Assembly (NCBI RefSeq): GCF_003334355.1
Contig: NZ_QOWP01000047.1
Source of the DNA: Escherichia coli
GTDB taxonomy: Bacteria > Pseudomonadota > Gammaproteobacteria > Enterobacterales > Enterobacteriaceae
Length of the DNA stretch: 21,171 nt
Reading direction: 5' to 3' (one strand)
The position numbers and the translations under genes are program-made. This document shows positions 8,459 to 19,235 of this stretch, one piece after another. Every line of letters starts with the position of its first letter. Position 1 is the stretch's first letter. The notes beneath the pieces were generated by a model that saw nothing but the letters and a program-made list of their open reading frames with translations, was not told the DNA's origin and searched no databases.

Positions 8459-9505
8459 TTACACTCCGGATTCGCGAAAATGGATATCGCTGACTGCGCG
8501 CAAACGCTCTGCTGCCTGTTCTGCGGTCAGGTCTCGCTGGGTCTCTGCCAGCATTTCATAACCAACCATAAATTTACGTACGGTGGCGGAGCGCAGCAGA
8601 GGCGGATAAAAGTGCGCGTGCAGCTGCCAGTGTTGATTCTCTTCGCCATTAAATGGCGCGCCGTGCCAGCCCATAGAGTAGGGGAAGGAGCACTGGAAGA
8701 GGTTGTCATAACGACTGGTCAGCTTTTTCAACGCCAGCGCCAGATCGCTGCGCTGGGCGTCGGTCAAATCGGTGATCCGTAAAACGTGGGCTTTGGGCAG
8801 CAGTAGCGTTTCGAACGGCCAGGCAGCCCAGTAAGGCACGACGGCTAACCAGTGTTCGGTTTCGACAACGGTACGGCTACCGTCTGCCAGCTCGCGCTGA
8901 ACATAATCCACCAGCATTGGTGATTTCTGTTCGGCAAAATATTCTTTTTGCAGGCGGTCTTCGCGCTCAGCTTCGTTAGGCAGGAAGCTATTTGCCCAAA
9001 TCTGACCGTGCGGATGCGGGTTAGAGCAGCCCATCGCCGCGCCTTTGTTTTCAAAAACCTGCACCCATGGGTACGTTTTCCCCAGTTCTGCGGTTTGCTC
9101 CTGCCAGGTTTTGACGATTTCCGTCAATGCTGCAACGCTGAGCTCTGGCAGCGTTTTACTGTGATCCGGTGAAAAGCAGATCACCCGGCTGGTGCCGCGC
9201 GCGCTCTGGCAACGCATCAGCGGATCGTGACTTTCTGGCGCATCTGGCGTGTCAGACATCAAAGCCGCAAAGTCATTAGTGAAAACGTAAGTCCCGGTGT
9301 AATCGGGGTTTTTATCGCCTGTCACCCGCACATTACCTGCGCAGAGGAAGCAATCTGGATCGTGCGCAGGTAACACCTGTTTGGCTGGCGTTTCCTGCGC
9401 CCCCTGCCAGGGGCGCTTAGCGCGGTGCGGTGAAACCAGAATCCATTGCCCGGTGAGCGGGTTGTAGCGGCGATGTGGATGATCAACGGGATTAAATTGC
9501 GTCAT
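8459..9505 (-). CDS. galT: Galactose-1-phosphate uridylyltransferase
   Basis: 348 aa ORF recognised as GalT, including the HPH active-site motif ([11 protein letters not shown]); AAGGAA ribosome-binding site; 3 bp from galK. Confidence 0.96.
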
Positions 9506-9514
9506 GGTCGTTCC

Positions 9515-10531
9515 TTAATCGGGATATCCCTGTGGATGGCGTGACTGCCAGTGCCAGGTGTCCTGCGCCATTTCATCGAGTGTGCGCGTTACGCGCCAGT
9601 TCAGTTCACGGTCGGCTTTGCTGGCGTCCGCCCAGTAGGCCGGAAGGTCGCCCTCGCGACGCGGTGCAAAATGATAATTAACCGGTTTGCCGCAGGCTTT
9701 GCTGAAGGCATTAACCACGTCCAGCACGCTGTTGCCTACGCCAGCGCCGAGGTTGTAGATGTGTACGCCTGGCTTGTTCGCCAGTTTTTCCATCGCCACG
9801 ACGTGACCGTCCGCCAGATCCATTACGTGGATGTAATCGCGTACGCCAGTACCATCTTCGGTCGGATAATCGTTACCAAAAATCGCCAGCGAGTCGCGAC
9901 GGCCTACAGCAACCTGGGCGATGTATGGCATCAGGTTATTCGGAATGCCTTGCGGATCTTCGCCCATATCGCCCGACGGATGCGCGCCAACCGGGTTGAA
10001 GTAGCGCAGCAGGGCAATGCTCCAGTCCGGCTGGGCTTTTTGCAGATCGGTGAGGATCTGTTCCACCATCAGCTTGCTTTTGCCGTAAGGGCTTTGCGGT
10101 GTGCCGGTCGGGAAGCTTTCAACGTATGGAATTTTGGGCTGATCGCCATAAACGGTGGCGGAGGAGCTAAAAATAAAGTTTTTGACGTTAGCGGCGCGCA
10201 TGGCGCTAATCAGGCGCAGAGTGCCGTTGACATTGTTGTCGTAATATTCCAGCGGTTTTTGTACCGATTCGCCCACGGCTTTCAGCCCGGCGAAGTGGAT
10301 CACGGTGTCGATAGCGTGATCGTGCAGGATCTCGGTCATCAACGCTTCGTTACGAATATCGCCTTCAACAAACGTTGGATGTTTGCCGCCTAAACGCTCG
10401 ATAACAGGCAGTACGCTGCGCTTACTGTTACAGAGGTTATCAAGAATGATGACATCATGACCGTTTTGCAGTAATTGCACACAGGTATGACTTCCAATGT
10501 AACCGCTACCACCGGTAACCAGAACTCTCAT
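9515..10531 (-). CDS. galE: UDP-glucose 4-epimerase
   Basis: 338 aa, MRVLVTGGSGYIGSHTCVQLL... (Rossmann GxxGxxG motif). The ORF-track entry (to 10573) extends 14 codons into the gal promoter; the ATG at 10531 follows a GGAG ribosome-binding site and matches known GalE. Confidence 0.95.
   Translation of the reverse strand: MRVLVTGGSGYIGSHTCVQLLQNGHDVIILDNLCNSKRSVLPVIERLGGKHPTFVEGDIRNEALMTEILHDHAIDTVIHFAGLKAVGESVQKPLEYYDNNVNGTLRLISAMRAANVKNFIFSSSATVYGDQPKIPYVESFPTGTPQSPYGKSKLMVEQILTDLQKAQPDWSIALLRYFNPVGAHPSGDMGEDPQGIPNNLMPYIAQVAVGRRDSLAIFGNDYPTEDGTGVRDYIHVMDLADGHVVAMEKLANKPGVHIYNLGAGVGNSVLDVVNAFSKACGKPVNYHFAPRREGDLPAYWADASKADRELNWRVTRTLDEMAQDTWHWQSRHPQGYPD
10497..10512. promoter_or_regulatory. 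gal internal operator OI (GalR/GalS site) inside the 5' end of galE
   Basis: The minus strand reads GTGGTAGCGGTTACAT, matching the known OI sequence and the GalR operator consensus GTGnAAnCGnTTnCAC; located about 20-35 bp inside the galE coding sequence. Confidence 0.8.
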
Positions 10532-10555
10532 AATTCGCTCCATTAGGCTTATGGT

Positions 10556-10608
10556 ATGAAATAACCATAGCATAACAAAGATGCGAAAAGTGTGACATGG
10601 AATAAATT
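10556..10608 (-). promoter_or_regulatory. gal P1/P2 overlapping promoters with CRP site
   Basis: The minus strand reads ...AATTTATTCCATGTCACACTTTTCGCATCTTTGTTATGCTATGGTTATTTCATACC..., the classical gal promoter sequence with TGTGA-containing CRP site (about 10587-10608) and overlapping -10 elements (TATGCTATGGTTAT). Confidence 0.85.
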
Positions 10609-10609
10609 A

Positions 10610-10625
10610 GTGGAATCGTTTACAC
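10610..10625. promoter_or_regulatory. gal external operator OE (GalR/GalS site)
   Basis: The minus strand reads GTGTAAACGATTCCAC, matching the known OE sequence and the GalR operator consensus. Confidence 0.85.
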
Positions 10626-10702
10626 AAGAATTTAGCCGTTTTTTATGCGCGATTAAGTGATTATAAAACAGAGGGTTTATGAATGATTGCGCTTTTTATC
10701 TG

Positions 10703-10774
10703 AAAAAAAGACGCGGTTTAATGCCTGCATGCGTCGAACCGTTGGCCGGAGAGGGCGCTTAGGCCGCCTCCGGC
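10703..10774 (-). terminator. Probable modF terminator region (two stem-loops; the distal one is followed by a U7 tract)
   Basis: GC-rich hairpin GCCGGAG...CTCCGGC (10745-10774) directly after the modF stop, then a second hairpin GACGC...GCGTC followed by TTTTTTT on the minus strand (complement of the A-run at 10703-10709). Confidence 0.45.
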
Positions 10775-10792
10775 AAGGTCAGCACTACCGAC

Positions 10793-12265
10793 TCAATATA
10801 TTTTTGTCAGCACATAGCGATAGAGTCCACCGTCCGGCACGAACTCAAGGCGATGGGTAATACAGGCAGGCGCATCTTCAGCGTGGTGCGAAACAAACAA
10901 CAATTGCGTTTCACCTTCGCTAATCAGCACATCAACAAAACGGCGGATAAGCTGGCGATTGAGCGGATCAAGCCCCTGTAGTGGTTCATCGAGAATAAGC
11001 AACGTCGGATGTTTCACCAGTGCGCGGACGATCAGCGCCAGACGCTGCTGTCCCCAGGAAAGACTATGGAACGGAGCGTCAGCCGTGCGTTTATCAATGC
11101 CGAGAATATCCAGCCACTGCTGCACCAGTTTTTGCTGGCGATCCGAAACGGCCTGATAAATGCCAATCGAATCAAAATAGCCAGAAAGAATCACATTACG
11201 CACGGTAGTGCTGACCCGGTAATCCAGATGCAAACTACTGCTGACGTAACCGATATGCTTTTTGATATCCCAGATGGTTTCGCCGCTGCCGCGACGTCGG
11301 CCGAAAAGCGTCAAATCGTTGCTGTAACCTTGCGGATGATCGCCAGTAATCAGGCTTAATAACGTCGATTTTCCCGCGCCATTTGGCCCGACAATTTGCC
11401 AGTGTTCGCCTGGATTCACCTGCCAGCTAAGGTTATTAAGAATGGGGCGATCATTATAAGAAACCACGCCATTGTTCAGCACAATGCGCGATTCGTTGGC
11501 GGGTAAGGCGTGACGTGCTGAAGGTTCATCCGGCTCCGGCAGTTGCACACCTTCAAGCTGTTCACTATGCGCAAGTTGCGCGACGAGTGCTTGCTGGAGC
11601 AGTTCCTCTTTAGCGCCAGTTTCCGCTAACGTACAATCCGCCAGCACGCCAGCAAACTGGACAAATTCCGGGATCTCATCGAAGCGATTGAGCACCAGTA
11701 CCAAAGTAATACCGGACTGATGTAACGAGGCGAGTCGCTCAGCCAGCTGCTGACGTGAGGCAACATCCAGGCCATCGAACGGCTCATCAAGAATCAACAA
11801 GTCAGGCTCCGACATCAGCGCCTGACACAGCAGGGTTTTTCGCGTCTCGCCAGTGGAAAGGTATTTAAAGCGTCGGTCGAGGAGGGCGGTAATACCGAAC
11901 TGCTGCGCCAGTTGCATGCAACGCGGTGCATCCTTTACTTCATCCTGAATAATCTCAGCCGTAGTGCGTCCGGTGTCATCTTCGCCAGGGCCGAGCATAT
12001 CGGTGTTATTCCGTTGCCATTCGTCGCTGACGAGCTTTTGCAATTGCTCGAAGGAGAGACGAGTGATGTGGGAAAACTGGCTTTGCCGTTCACCTTTCAA
12101 AAGCGGAAGTTCCCCCGCCAGCGCGCGGGCCAGCGCCGACTTTCCACTTCCATTCGAACCGACAAACGCCCAACTATCACCCGCGTTTAACGTTAGCTGA
12201 GGCAATTGCAGCGTTTTTGTGTCGCTAAGACGAAACGTGCCTTGCAAAATTTGCAACGATGACAT
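10793..12265 (-). CDS. modF: ABC-type ATPase ModF (two nucleotide-binding domains, molybdate-related)
   Basis: Two Walker A motifs (GSNGSGKS, GPNGAGKS) and two ABC signature/Walker B regions; recognised as ModF, 490 aa starting MSSLQ. The ORF track starts 4 codons earlier (12277); neither start has a strong ribosome-binding site, so the start is chosen by agreement with the known protein. Confidence 0.9.
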   Translation of the reverse strand: MSSLQILQGTFRLSDTKTLQLPQLTLNAGDSWAFVGSNGSGKSALARALAGELPLLKGERQSQFSHITRLSFEQLQKLVSDEWQRNNTDMLGPGEDDTGRTTAEIIQDEVKDAPRCMQLAQQFGITALLDRRFKYLSTGETRKTLLCQALMSEPDLLILDEPFDGLDVASRQQLAERLASLHQSGITLVLVLNRFDEIPEFVQFAGVLADCTLAETGAKEELLQQALVAQLAHSEQLEGVQLPEPDEPSARHALPANESRIVLNNGVVSYNDRPILNNLSWQVNPGEHWQIVGPNGAGKSTLLSLITGDHPQGYSNDLTLFGRRRGSGETIWDIKKHIGYVSSSLHLDYRVSTTVRNVILSGYFDSIGIYQAVSDRQQKLVQQWLDILGIDKRTADAPFHSLSWGQQRLALIVRALVKHPTLLILDEPLQGLDPLNRQLIRRFVDVLISEGETQLLFVSHHAEDAPACITHRLEFVPDGGLYRYVLTKIY

Positions 12266-12332
12266 TTTATATCCCATTTTGTGCAGCGATTACTGACAGG
12301 GATACGTGTTTCATAACAAATTGTCAACACGC

Positions 12333-13121
12333 TTAGCACAGCGTGGCGATAATCACGCTGTCGGCATTAAAGTAGGCCGTGACATTCTGCCCTTGCTGAA
12401 GAGAAGTCGCTTCATTTACCGGCACTGTGGCGCACAGTGTTTGCCCGTCGGGTAGCGCCATTAATACTTCGCACTGCTCTGCGCCGCGCTCAATATGACT
12501 AATAATACCCGGTAATTGGTTGTCGGCGTTTTGTGCGACCGCTTCGTCCTGAGTAATGCCTACCCACGGCGCTTTTAGCAATATCAACACTTCTTTGCCT
12601 TCATCCAGCCCCAGACGTGCGCCGCTTTGTGCGGTAATTGCGACTTTCAGGCGTGTTTTTCCGTCAGCCAGTAAGACATCAACATGCTGTTGAACGTCAT
12701 CATGATCGCGGGCGGTGATGGTACCGAACCACTGGTTACGGGCGCTGGTTTGCAGTGAAAAACGTGAGATCGCGGCCAGCAGGCTGTTCAGCGGCAGGGC
12801 GTCATCGTCACTTAACACATCAAAGGCTTTTTGCTGGATTTGCGCCAGTAAGTCATAGAGCTGAATCAGTCGCTGACCATAGCGGGTCAGTACTGCGCCT
12901 CCGCCACCTTTACCGCCTGTTGCGCGCTCAACCAGAATATGCTCGCTTAACTGATTCATCTCGTTAATGGCATCCCAGGCGCTTTTATAGCTGATACCGG
13001 CATCTTTCGCTCCCTGGCTAATGGAACCGGAAAGCGCAATGTGTTTTAGTAGCGAAATGCGGCGCGGGTCGGCGAATAATTTTTGTTGGAGCTTAAGGGT
13101 GAGAAGGATTTCGGCCTGCAT
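12333..13121 (-). CDS. modE: Molybdate-responsive transcriptional regulator ModE
   Basis: 262 aa ORF recognised as ModE (N-terminal HTH, C-terminal Mop domains); upstream of modF in the same orientation (modEF operon). Confidence 0.95.
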   Translation of the reverse strand: MQAEILLTLKLQQKLFADPRRISLLKHIALSGSISQGAKDAGISYKSAWDAINEMNQLSEHILVERATGGKGGGGAVLTRYGQRLIQLYDLLAQIQQKAFDVLSDDDALPLNSLLAAISRFSLQTSARNQWFGTITARDHDDVQQHVDVLLADGKTRLKVAITAQSGARLGLDEGKEVLILLKAPWVGITQDEAVAQNADNQLPGIISHIERGAEQCEVLMALPDGQTLCATVPVNEATSLQQGQNVTAYFNADSVIIATLC

Positions 13122-13231
13122 AACAATGTCCTGGCAAAAGTCTTATTGTGACGGAAAACGAACGCCACGCAAAGCTGACCGCACAAAAGGGGAGTGCTTT
13201 TCTGTGCTTAGCGGTTAGAATAGTCTCATGA

Positions 13232-13399
<168 letters not shown>

Positions 13400-13406
13400 T
13401 TCCCTG

Positions 13407-13437
13407 AATGCCCGCTTAGTCGGGCATTTTCTTTTTC
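13407..13437 (+). terminator. Intrinsic terminator of acrZ
   Basis: Stem AATGCCCG (13407-13414) / CGGGCATT (13421-13428), loop CTTAGT, followed by TTTTCTTTTT. Confidence 0.8.
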
Positions 13438-13521
13438 TCAACTTCCTGCTTTTCCTGCCGATATTTTTTCTTATCTACCTCACAAAGGTTAGCAATAACT
13501 GCTGGGAAAATTCCGAGTTAG

Positions 13522-13545
13522 TCGTTATATTGTCGCCTACATAAC
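13522..13545. promoter_or_regulatory. ModE operator at the modA promoter
   Basis: CGTTATATTGTCGCCTACATAACG has inverted-repeat arms CGTTAT / ATAACG about 20 bp upstream of the modA ATG; it matches the known ModE-molybdate binding site of modABC. Confidence 0.8.
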
Positions 13546-13565
13546 GTTACATTAAGGGGTTACCA

Positions 13566-14339
13566 ATGGCTCGTAAATGGTTGAACTTGTTTGCCGGGGC
13601 GGCACTCTCTTTCGCTGTTGCTGGCAATGCACTGGCAGATGAAGGGAAAATCACGGTGTTCGCCGCCGCATCACTGACTAACGCAATGCAGGACATTGCT
13701 ACGCAGTTTAAAAAAGAGAAAGGCGTGGATGTGGTTTCTTCTTTCGCTTCGTCATCTACTCTCGCCCGTCAGATTGAAGCGGGTGCGCCTGCGGATCTGT
13801 TTATTTCTGCCGATCAGAAATGGATGGATTATGCGGTTGATAAAAAAGCGATCGATACAGCTACGCGTCAGACACTGCTCGGCAATAGCCTGGTCGTTGT
13901 AGCACCGAAAGCCAGCGTGCAGAAAGATTTCACCATCGACAGCAAAACCAACTGGACTTCACTGCTGAATGGCGGTCGCCTGGCGGTTGGCGATCCGGAA
14001 CATGTTCCCGCTGGCATTTATGCAAAAGAAGCACTGCAAAAACTGGGCGCATGGGATACGCTCTCTCCGAAACTGGCCCCAGCGGAAGATGTTCGTGGGG
14101 CGCTGGCGCTGGTCGAACGTAACGAAGCGCCTCTGGGCATTGTCTACGGTTCTGACGCAGTTGCCAGCAAAGGGGTAAAAGTGGTTGCCACCTTCCCGGA
14201 AGATTCACATAAAAAAGTGGAATATCCGGTTGCTGTTGTGGAAGGGCATAACAATGCGACAGTGAAAGCATTTTATGATTATCTGAAGGGACCGCAGGCA
14301 GCGGAAATCTTTAAACGTTACGGATTTACAATCAAGTAA
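13566..14339 (+). CDS. modA: Molybdate ABC transporter periplasmic binding protein
   Basis: 257 aa ORF with signal peptide (MARKWLNLFAGAALSFAVAGNALA/DEG); recognised as ModA; AAGGGG ribosome-binding site. Confidence 0.96.
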   Translation: MARKWLNLFAGAALSFAVAGNALADEGKITVFAAASLTNAMQDIATQFKKEKGVDVVSSFASSSTLARQIEAGAPADLFISADQKWMDYAVDKKAIDTATRQTLLGNSLVVVAPKASVQKDFTIDSKTNWTSLLNGGRLAVGDPEHVPAGIYAKEALQKLGAWDTLSPKLAPAEDVRGALALVERNEAPLGIVYGSDAVASKGVKVVATFPEDSHKKVEYPVAVVEGHNNATVKAFYDYLKGPQAAEIFKRYGFTIK

Positions 14340-15028
14340 TGATACTGACCGATCCAGAATGGCAGGCAGTTTTATTAAGCCTGAAAGTTTCTTCCCTGGC
14401 TGTGCTGTTTAGCCTGCCGTTTGGGATCTTTTTTGCCTGGTTACTGGTGCGTTGCACGTTTCCGGGCAAAGCTCTGCTCGACAGCGTACTGCATCTACCG
14501 CTGGTGTTACCGCCCGTGGTCGTCGGTTACTTATTATTAGTTTCGATGGGACGGCGCGGATTTATCGGTGAACGTCTGTATGACTGGTTTGGTATTACCT
14601 TCGCCTTTAGCTGGCGCGGCGCGGTTCTCGCTGCCGCCGTCATGTCGTTTCCGCTGATGGTGCGGGCAATTCGTCTGGCGCTGGAAGGGGTTGATGTCAA
14701 ACTGGAACAGGCCGCAAGAACACTGGGGGCCGGGCGCTGGCGCGTTTTCTTTACTATCACGTTACCGCTGACCTTACCGGGAATTATTGTTGGTACGGTA
14801 CTGGCTTTTGCTCGTTCTCTCGGTGAGTTTGGTGCAACCATCACCTTTGTGTCGAACATTCCTGGTGAAACGCGAACCATTCCTTCTGCCATGTATACCC
14901 TGATCCAGACCCCCGGCGGGGAAAGTGGAGCGGCGAGACTGTGCATTATTTCTATTGCGCTGGCGATGATCTCCCTGTTGATTTCAGAATGGCTGGCCAG
15001 AATCAGCCGTGAACGGGCGGGGCGCTAA
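14339..15028 (+). CDS. modB: Molybdate ABC transporter permease
   Basis: 229 aa ORF; its ATG overlaps the modA stop (TAATG); recognised as ModB (ABC permease with EAA loop region). Confidence 0.96.
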
Positions 15029-15030
15029 TC

Positions 15031-16089
15031 ATGCTGGAACTGAATTTTTCCCAGACGTTGGGCAACCATTGCCTGACTATTAATGAAACGCTGCCCGCCA
15101 ATGGCATCACTGCTATCTTTGGCGTCTCCGGTGCCGGAAAAACTTCGCTGATTAACGCCATCAGTGGACTGACGCGCCCGCAAAAAGGGCGGATTGTCCT
15201 CAATGGGCGGGTACTAAATGATGCCGAAAAAGGTATCTGCCTGACGCCGGAAAAGCGTCGCGTTGGCTATGTTTTTCAGGATGCGCGGCTGTTCCCGCAT
15301 TACAAAGTGCGTGGCAATCTGCGCTACGGCATGTCGAAAAGTATGGTCGATCAGTTCGATAAGCTGGTGGCGCTTTTAGGCATTGAACCGTTGCTTGACC
15401 GTTTACCAGGCAGCCTGTCCGGAGGCGAAAAACAGCGCGTGGCGATTGGTCGGGCTTTGCTGACAGCACCGGAATTGCTGTTGCTGGATGAACCGCTGGC
15501 GTCACTGGATATTCCGCGTAAACGCGAACTGTTGCCTTATCTGCAACGGCTGACACGGGAAATCAACATTCCGATGTTGTATGTCAGCCATTCGCTGGAT
15601 GAGATCCTCCATCTGGCAGACAGAGTGATGGTACTGGAAAACGGTCAGGTGAAAGCCTTTGGCGCGCTGGAGGAAGTGTGGGGCAGTAGCGTGATGAATC
15701 CGTGGCTGCCGAAAGAGCAACAAAGTAGCATTCTGAAAGTGACGGTGCTTGAGCATCATCCGCATTACGCGATGACCGCGCTGGCGCTGGGCGATCAGCA
15801 TTTGTGGGTCAATAAGCTGGACGAACCGCTGCAAGCTGCGCTACGTATCCGCATTCAGGCTTCCGATGTTTCTCTGGTTTTACAACCGCCGCAGCAAACC
15901 AGCATTCGTAACGTATTGCGGGCAAAAGTTGTTAATAGTTATGACGACAACGGCCAGGTGGAAGTGGAACTGGAAGTCGGCGGTAAAACGCTGTGGGCGC
16001 GTATCAGCCCGTGGGCCAGGGATGAACTGGCGATCAAACCAGGCCTGTGGCTGTACGCGCAAATTAAAAGTGTGTCGATAACCGCCTGA
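15031..16089 (+). CDS. modC: Molybdate ABC transporter ATP-binding protein
   Basis: 352 aa ORF with Walker A (GVSGAGKTS), ABC signature (LSGGEKQRV), Walker B (LLLLDEP) and a C-terminal Mop/TOBE-type domain; recognised as ModC. Confidence 0.96.
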
Positions 16090-16908
16090 TTAAATCAGGT
16101 GGCTATAAATGAATTGGGCAATGCTGTCGGTGGTGTTATCACCAATCACAATGTTGGCGCGCGCTTTTACCGCGTCATCGGCGTTGCCCATCGCCACGCC
16201 TGTACCAGCGGCTTCCAGCATACTGATATCATTAAAGTTATCGCCGAATGCCACGACGTTTTCCATCGACCAACCTTGCGCCTCAACCCATTTCGTCAAA
16301 CGTTTACCTTTGCTGTTGCCGCCGCGTGCAATATCAACCTGATCGTGCCAGGACCATTCACACTCCAGTCCCAGTTCATGTTCGACATGCTTACCAAAAT
16401 GCTGCAATTGCGGCAGGTCATCGTGCGTCAGGGCGAACTTCCATACGGCGTTAACTTGTTGCGCCGTTTCAGCCAGAGAAGCGACTTGTGTGAAAGTCGG
16501 ACGCTGTTCCGGCGGCAGGGTTTGCGCCCAGTTAGATGTGCGAATGACATGCCCGGTCGGGTGCTCATAGACCATTGCATCATCGACATACATCAGACCG
16601 TGAATGTGGTGTTCATTCAGCATCTCAATGAGTTGCAGGGCTTTAATAACGGGCATTGGGTCCGCTTCCAGCACGGTTTTTGCATGATAATCATACAAAT
16701 AGGTGCCATTACAGCAAATAGCAGGTGTATCCAGCGCCAGCGCCTGATAAAAAGGATGAATAGCGACGTGATGGCGACCTGTGACGATGATTAATTGATA
16801 GCCTGCTTCGCGAGCGCGGGCCAGGGCTTCTATCGATGAAGGAAGCAGGGTCTTTTTCGGGGTCAATAAGGTGCCGTCTAAGTCGAGAGCAATCACGCGT
16901 GTGGTCAT
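16090..16908 (-). CDS. ybhA: HAD-superfamily (Cof-type) sugar-phosphate / pyridoxal-phosphate phosphatase
   Basis: 272 aa starting MTTRVIALDLDGTLL (HAD motif I DxDGT). The ORF track extends 34 codons upstream (17010); the trimmed start matches known YbhA. Confidence 0.92.
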   Translation of the reverse strand: MTTRVIALDLDGTLLTPKKTLLPSSIEALARAREAGYQLIIVTGRHHVAIHPFYQALALDTPAICCNGTYLYDYHAKTVLEADPMPVIKALQLIEMLNEHHIHGLMYVDDAMVYEHPTGHVIRTSNWAQTLPPEQRPTFTQVASLAETAQQVNAVWKFALTHDDLPQLQHFGKHVEHELGLECEWSWHDQVDIARGGNSKGKRLTKWVEAQGWSMENVVAFGDNFNDISMLEAAGTGVAMGNADDAVKARANIVIGDNTTDSIAQFIYSHLI

Positions 16909-17026
16909 GGCGTATTCCAGATTAAGGTTAAGAATTTTCGTCTGCGCGAATGGTACACCGATACCACTATCGGACAAAATTCTGCGTTTTAATTCAGCAT
17001 TCACCGCCAAAAGCGACTAATTTTAG

Positions 17027-18058
<1,032 letters not shown>

Positions 18059-18070
18059 CCGCTGATTTAC

Positions 18071-18094
18071 CCGGCGCAGTCTCTCCTGCGCCGG
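18071..18094. terminator. GC-rich stem-loop between convergent pgl and ybhD (possible shared terminator)
   Basis: CCGGCGCAG (18071-18079) / CTGCGCCGG (18086-18094) form a 9-bp stem with loop TCTCTC; no strong U-tract on either side, so it may be rho-dependent or only a stabilising hairpin. Confidence 0.4.
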
Positions 18095-18098
18095 TGTA

Positions 18099-19052
18099 TT
18101 AACCTATCTCCTGTAACGCGTGTCTCTGGCGTTCGACGATATTGGTCCACAAATTGTCTTTATCGTCAGTCCATAAATTAATCAGCAAGGCAAAAAAGCG
18201 TTCTGCTGCTGGAGAAAGTACGGCATCTTTACGGCGAATTATTCCCAATGTTCGACGTATAACGGGTTCCACCAATGGGATACCAATAATCGAAGAATAG
18301 GGCGCATGAGGCATTGCCAGGCCAGGAAGCGCCGAAATCCCCAGTCCCGCCTCCACCAGTCCTAATGACGTCGAAAGATGACGCACTTCGTAAAACCAGT
18401 CCAGCTTCCAGGGCTTGTCGGCCAGCTGTTGTTCTATCAACAGTCGGTTGCCGCTGGAGGAGCGTACGCCAATCATTTTGTAACCCACTAACTCCTGCCA
18501 TTCTACAAGCTGCTTTTTGGCCAATGGATGGTCACGCCGACAGGCCAGCACGAACGGCTCGTTGACCAGTGGGGTAAAATCAATGGATGAATTTGTGACG
18601 TTGTTCATGTTTATGCCAAAGTCTGATTCGTTACACAGCACCGATTCCATGCAATTATTCGTGCCTTGTTCCAGAATCCGCACTTTAATATTGGGATACA
18701 GCTCATTAAATTTACCGATTGCCAGCGGTAAAAAATAAAATACTGCGGTCGGAATACACGCTAACGTCACCATACCACGATGATAAGCATTCATATCACG
18801 AATATTAAAAAGCGTTTCATCGAATTTCTTTATTAATTCCCGCGCCTCCGGGAGCAACCTTTTTCCTGCTTTTGTTAACGTAACCTTGCGAGTTGTACGC
18901 TCAAATAGTTGAATATGTAAATCTTCCTCCATCTTTTTTATTCTTCGCGTTAATGCAGGTTGCGTAATATTGAGTAATTTAGCGGCATTGTTAAACGAAC
19001 TGGACTCTGCCAGTATGACAAATGCCTTCATACTTGATAATTCATGCTTCAT
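18099..19052 (-). CDS. ybhD: LysR-family transcriptional regulator (uncharacterised)
   Basis: 317 aa starting MKHELSSMKAFVILAESSSFNNAAKLLNITQPALTRRIKKME (LysR HTH); GGAG ribosome-binding site upstream of the ATG at 19052. The ORF track extends 21 codons further (19115) with no support. Confidence 0.9.
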   Translation of the reverse strand: MKHELSSMKAFVILAESSSFNNAAKLLNITQPALTRRIKKMEEDLHIQLFERTTRKVTLTKAGKRLLPEARELIKKFDETLFNIRDMNAYHRGMVTLACIPTAVFYFLPLAIGKFNELYPNIKVRILEQGTNNCMESVLCNESDFGINMNNVTNSSIDFTPLVNEPFVLACRRDHPLAKKQLVEWQELVGYKMIGVRSSSGNRLLIEQQLADKPWKLDWFYEVRHLSTSLGLVEAGLGISALPGLAMPHAPYSSIIGIPLVEPVIRRTLGIIRRKDAVLSPAAERFFALLINLWTDDKDNLWTNIVERQRHALQEIG

Positions 19053-19235
19053 TATTACTCCGGAAAATGGAAGCGACGATTTTGGGTGGCTGGCCGTTAA
19101 AAATTTTAACTGCATTTAGCCAACTTAAATTAATGAAAAAATGTTATTAATCGTTGAGCTAAAGTCATTAGAGATGCTTTGCCCTTAATGTAACCATATC
19201 GCAATAAGTTATGTTTTTAAATTGAGGGCATTATT

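Noticed and set aside
9515-10573. N-terminally extended starts in the ORF track for galE (10573), gpmA (6086), modF (12277), ybhA (17010) and ybhD (19115)
   Set aside because: The extensions run into promoter or operator sequence (for galE, into the P1/P2 -10 region) or use TTG or unsupported ATG codons without ribosome-binding sites. Internal ATGs with ribosome-binding sites reproduce the known N termini, so trimmed coordinates were used.
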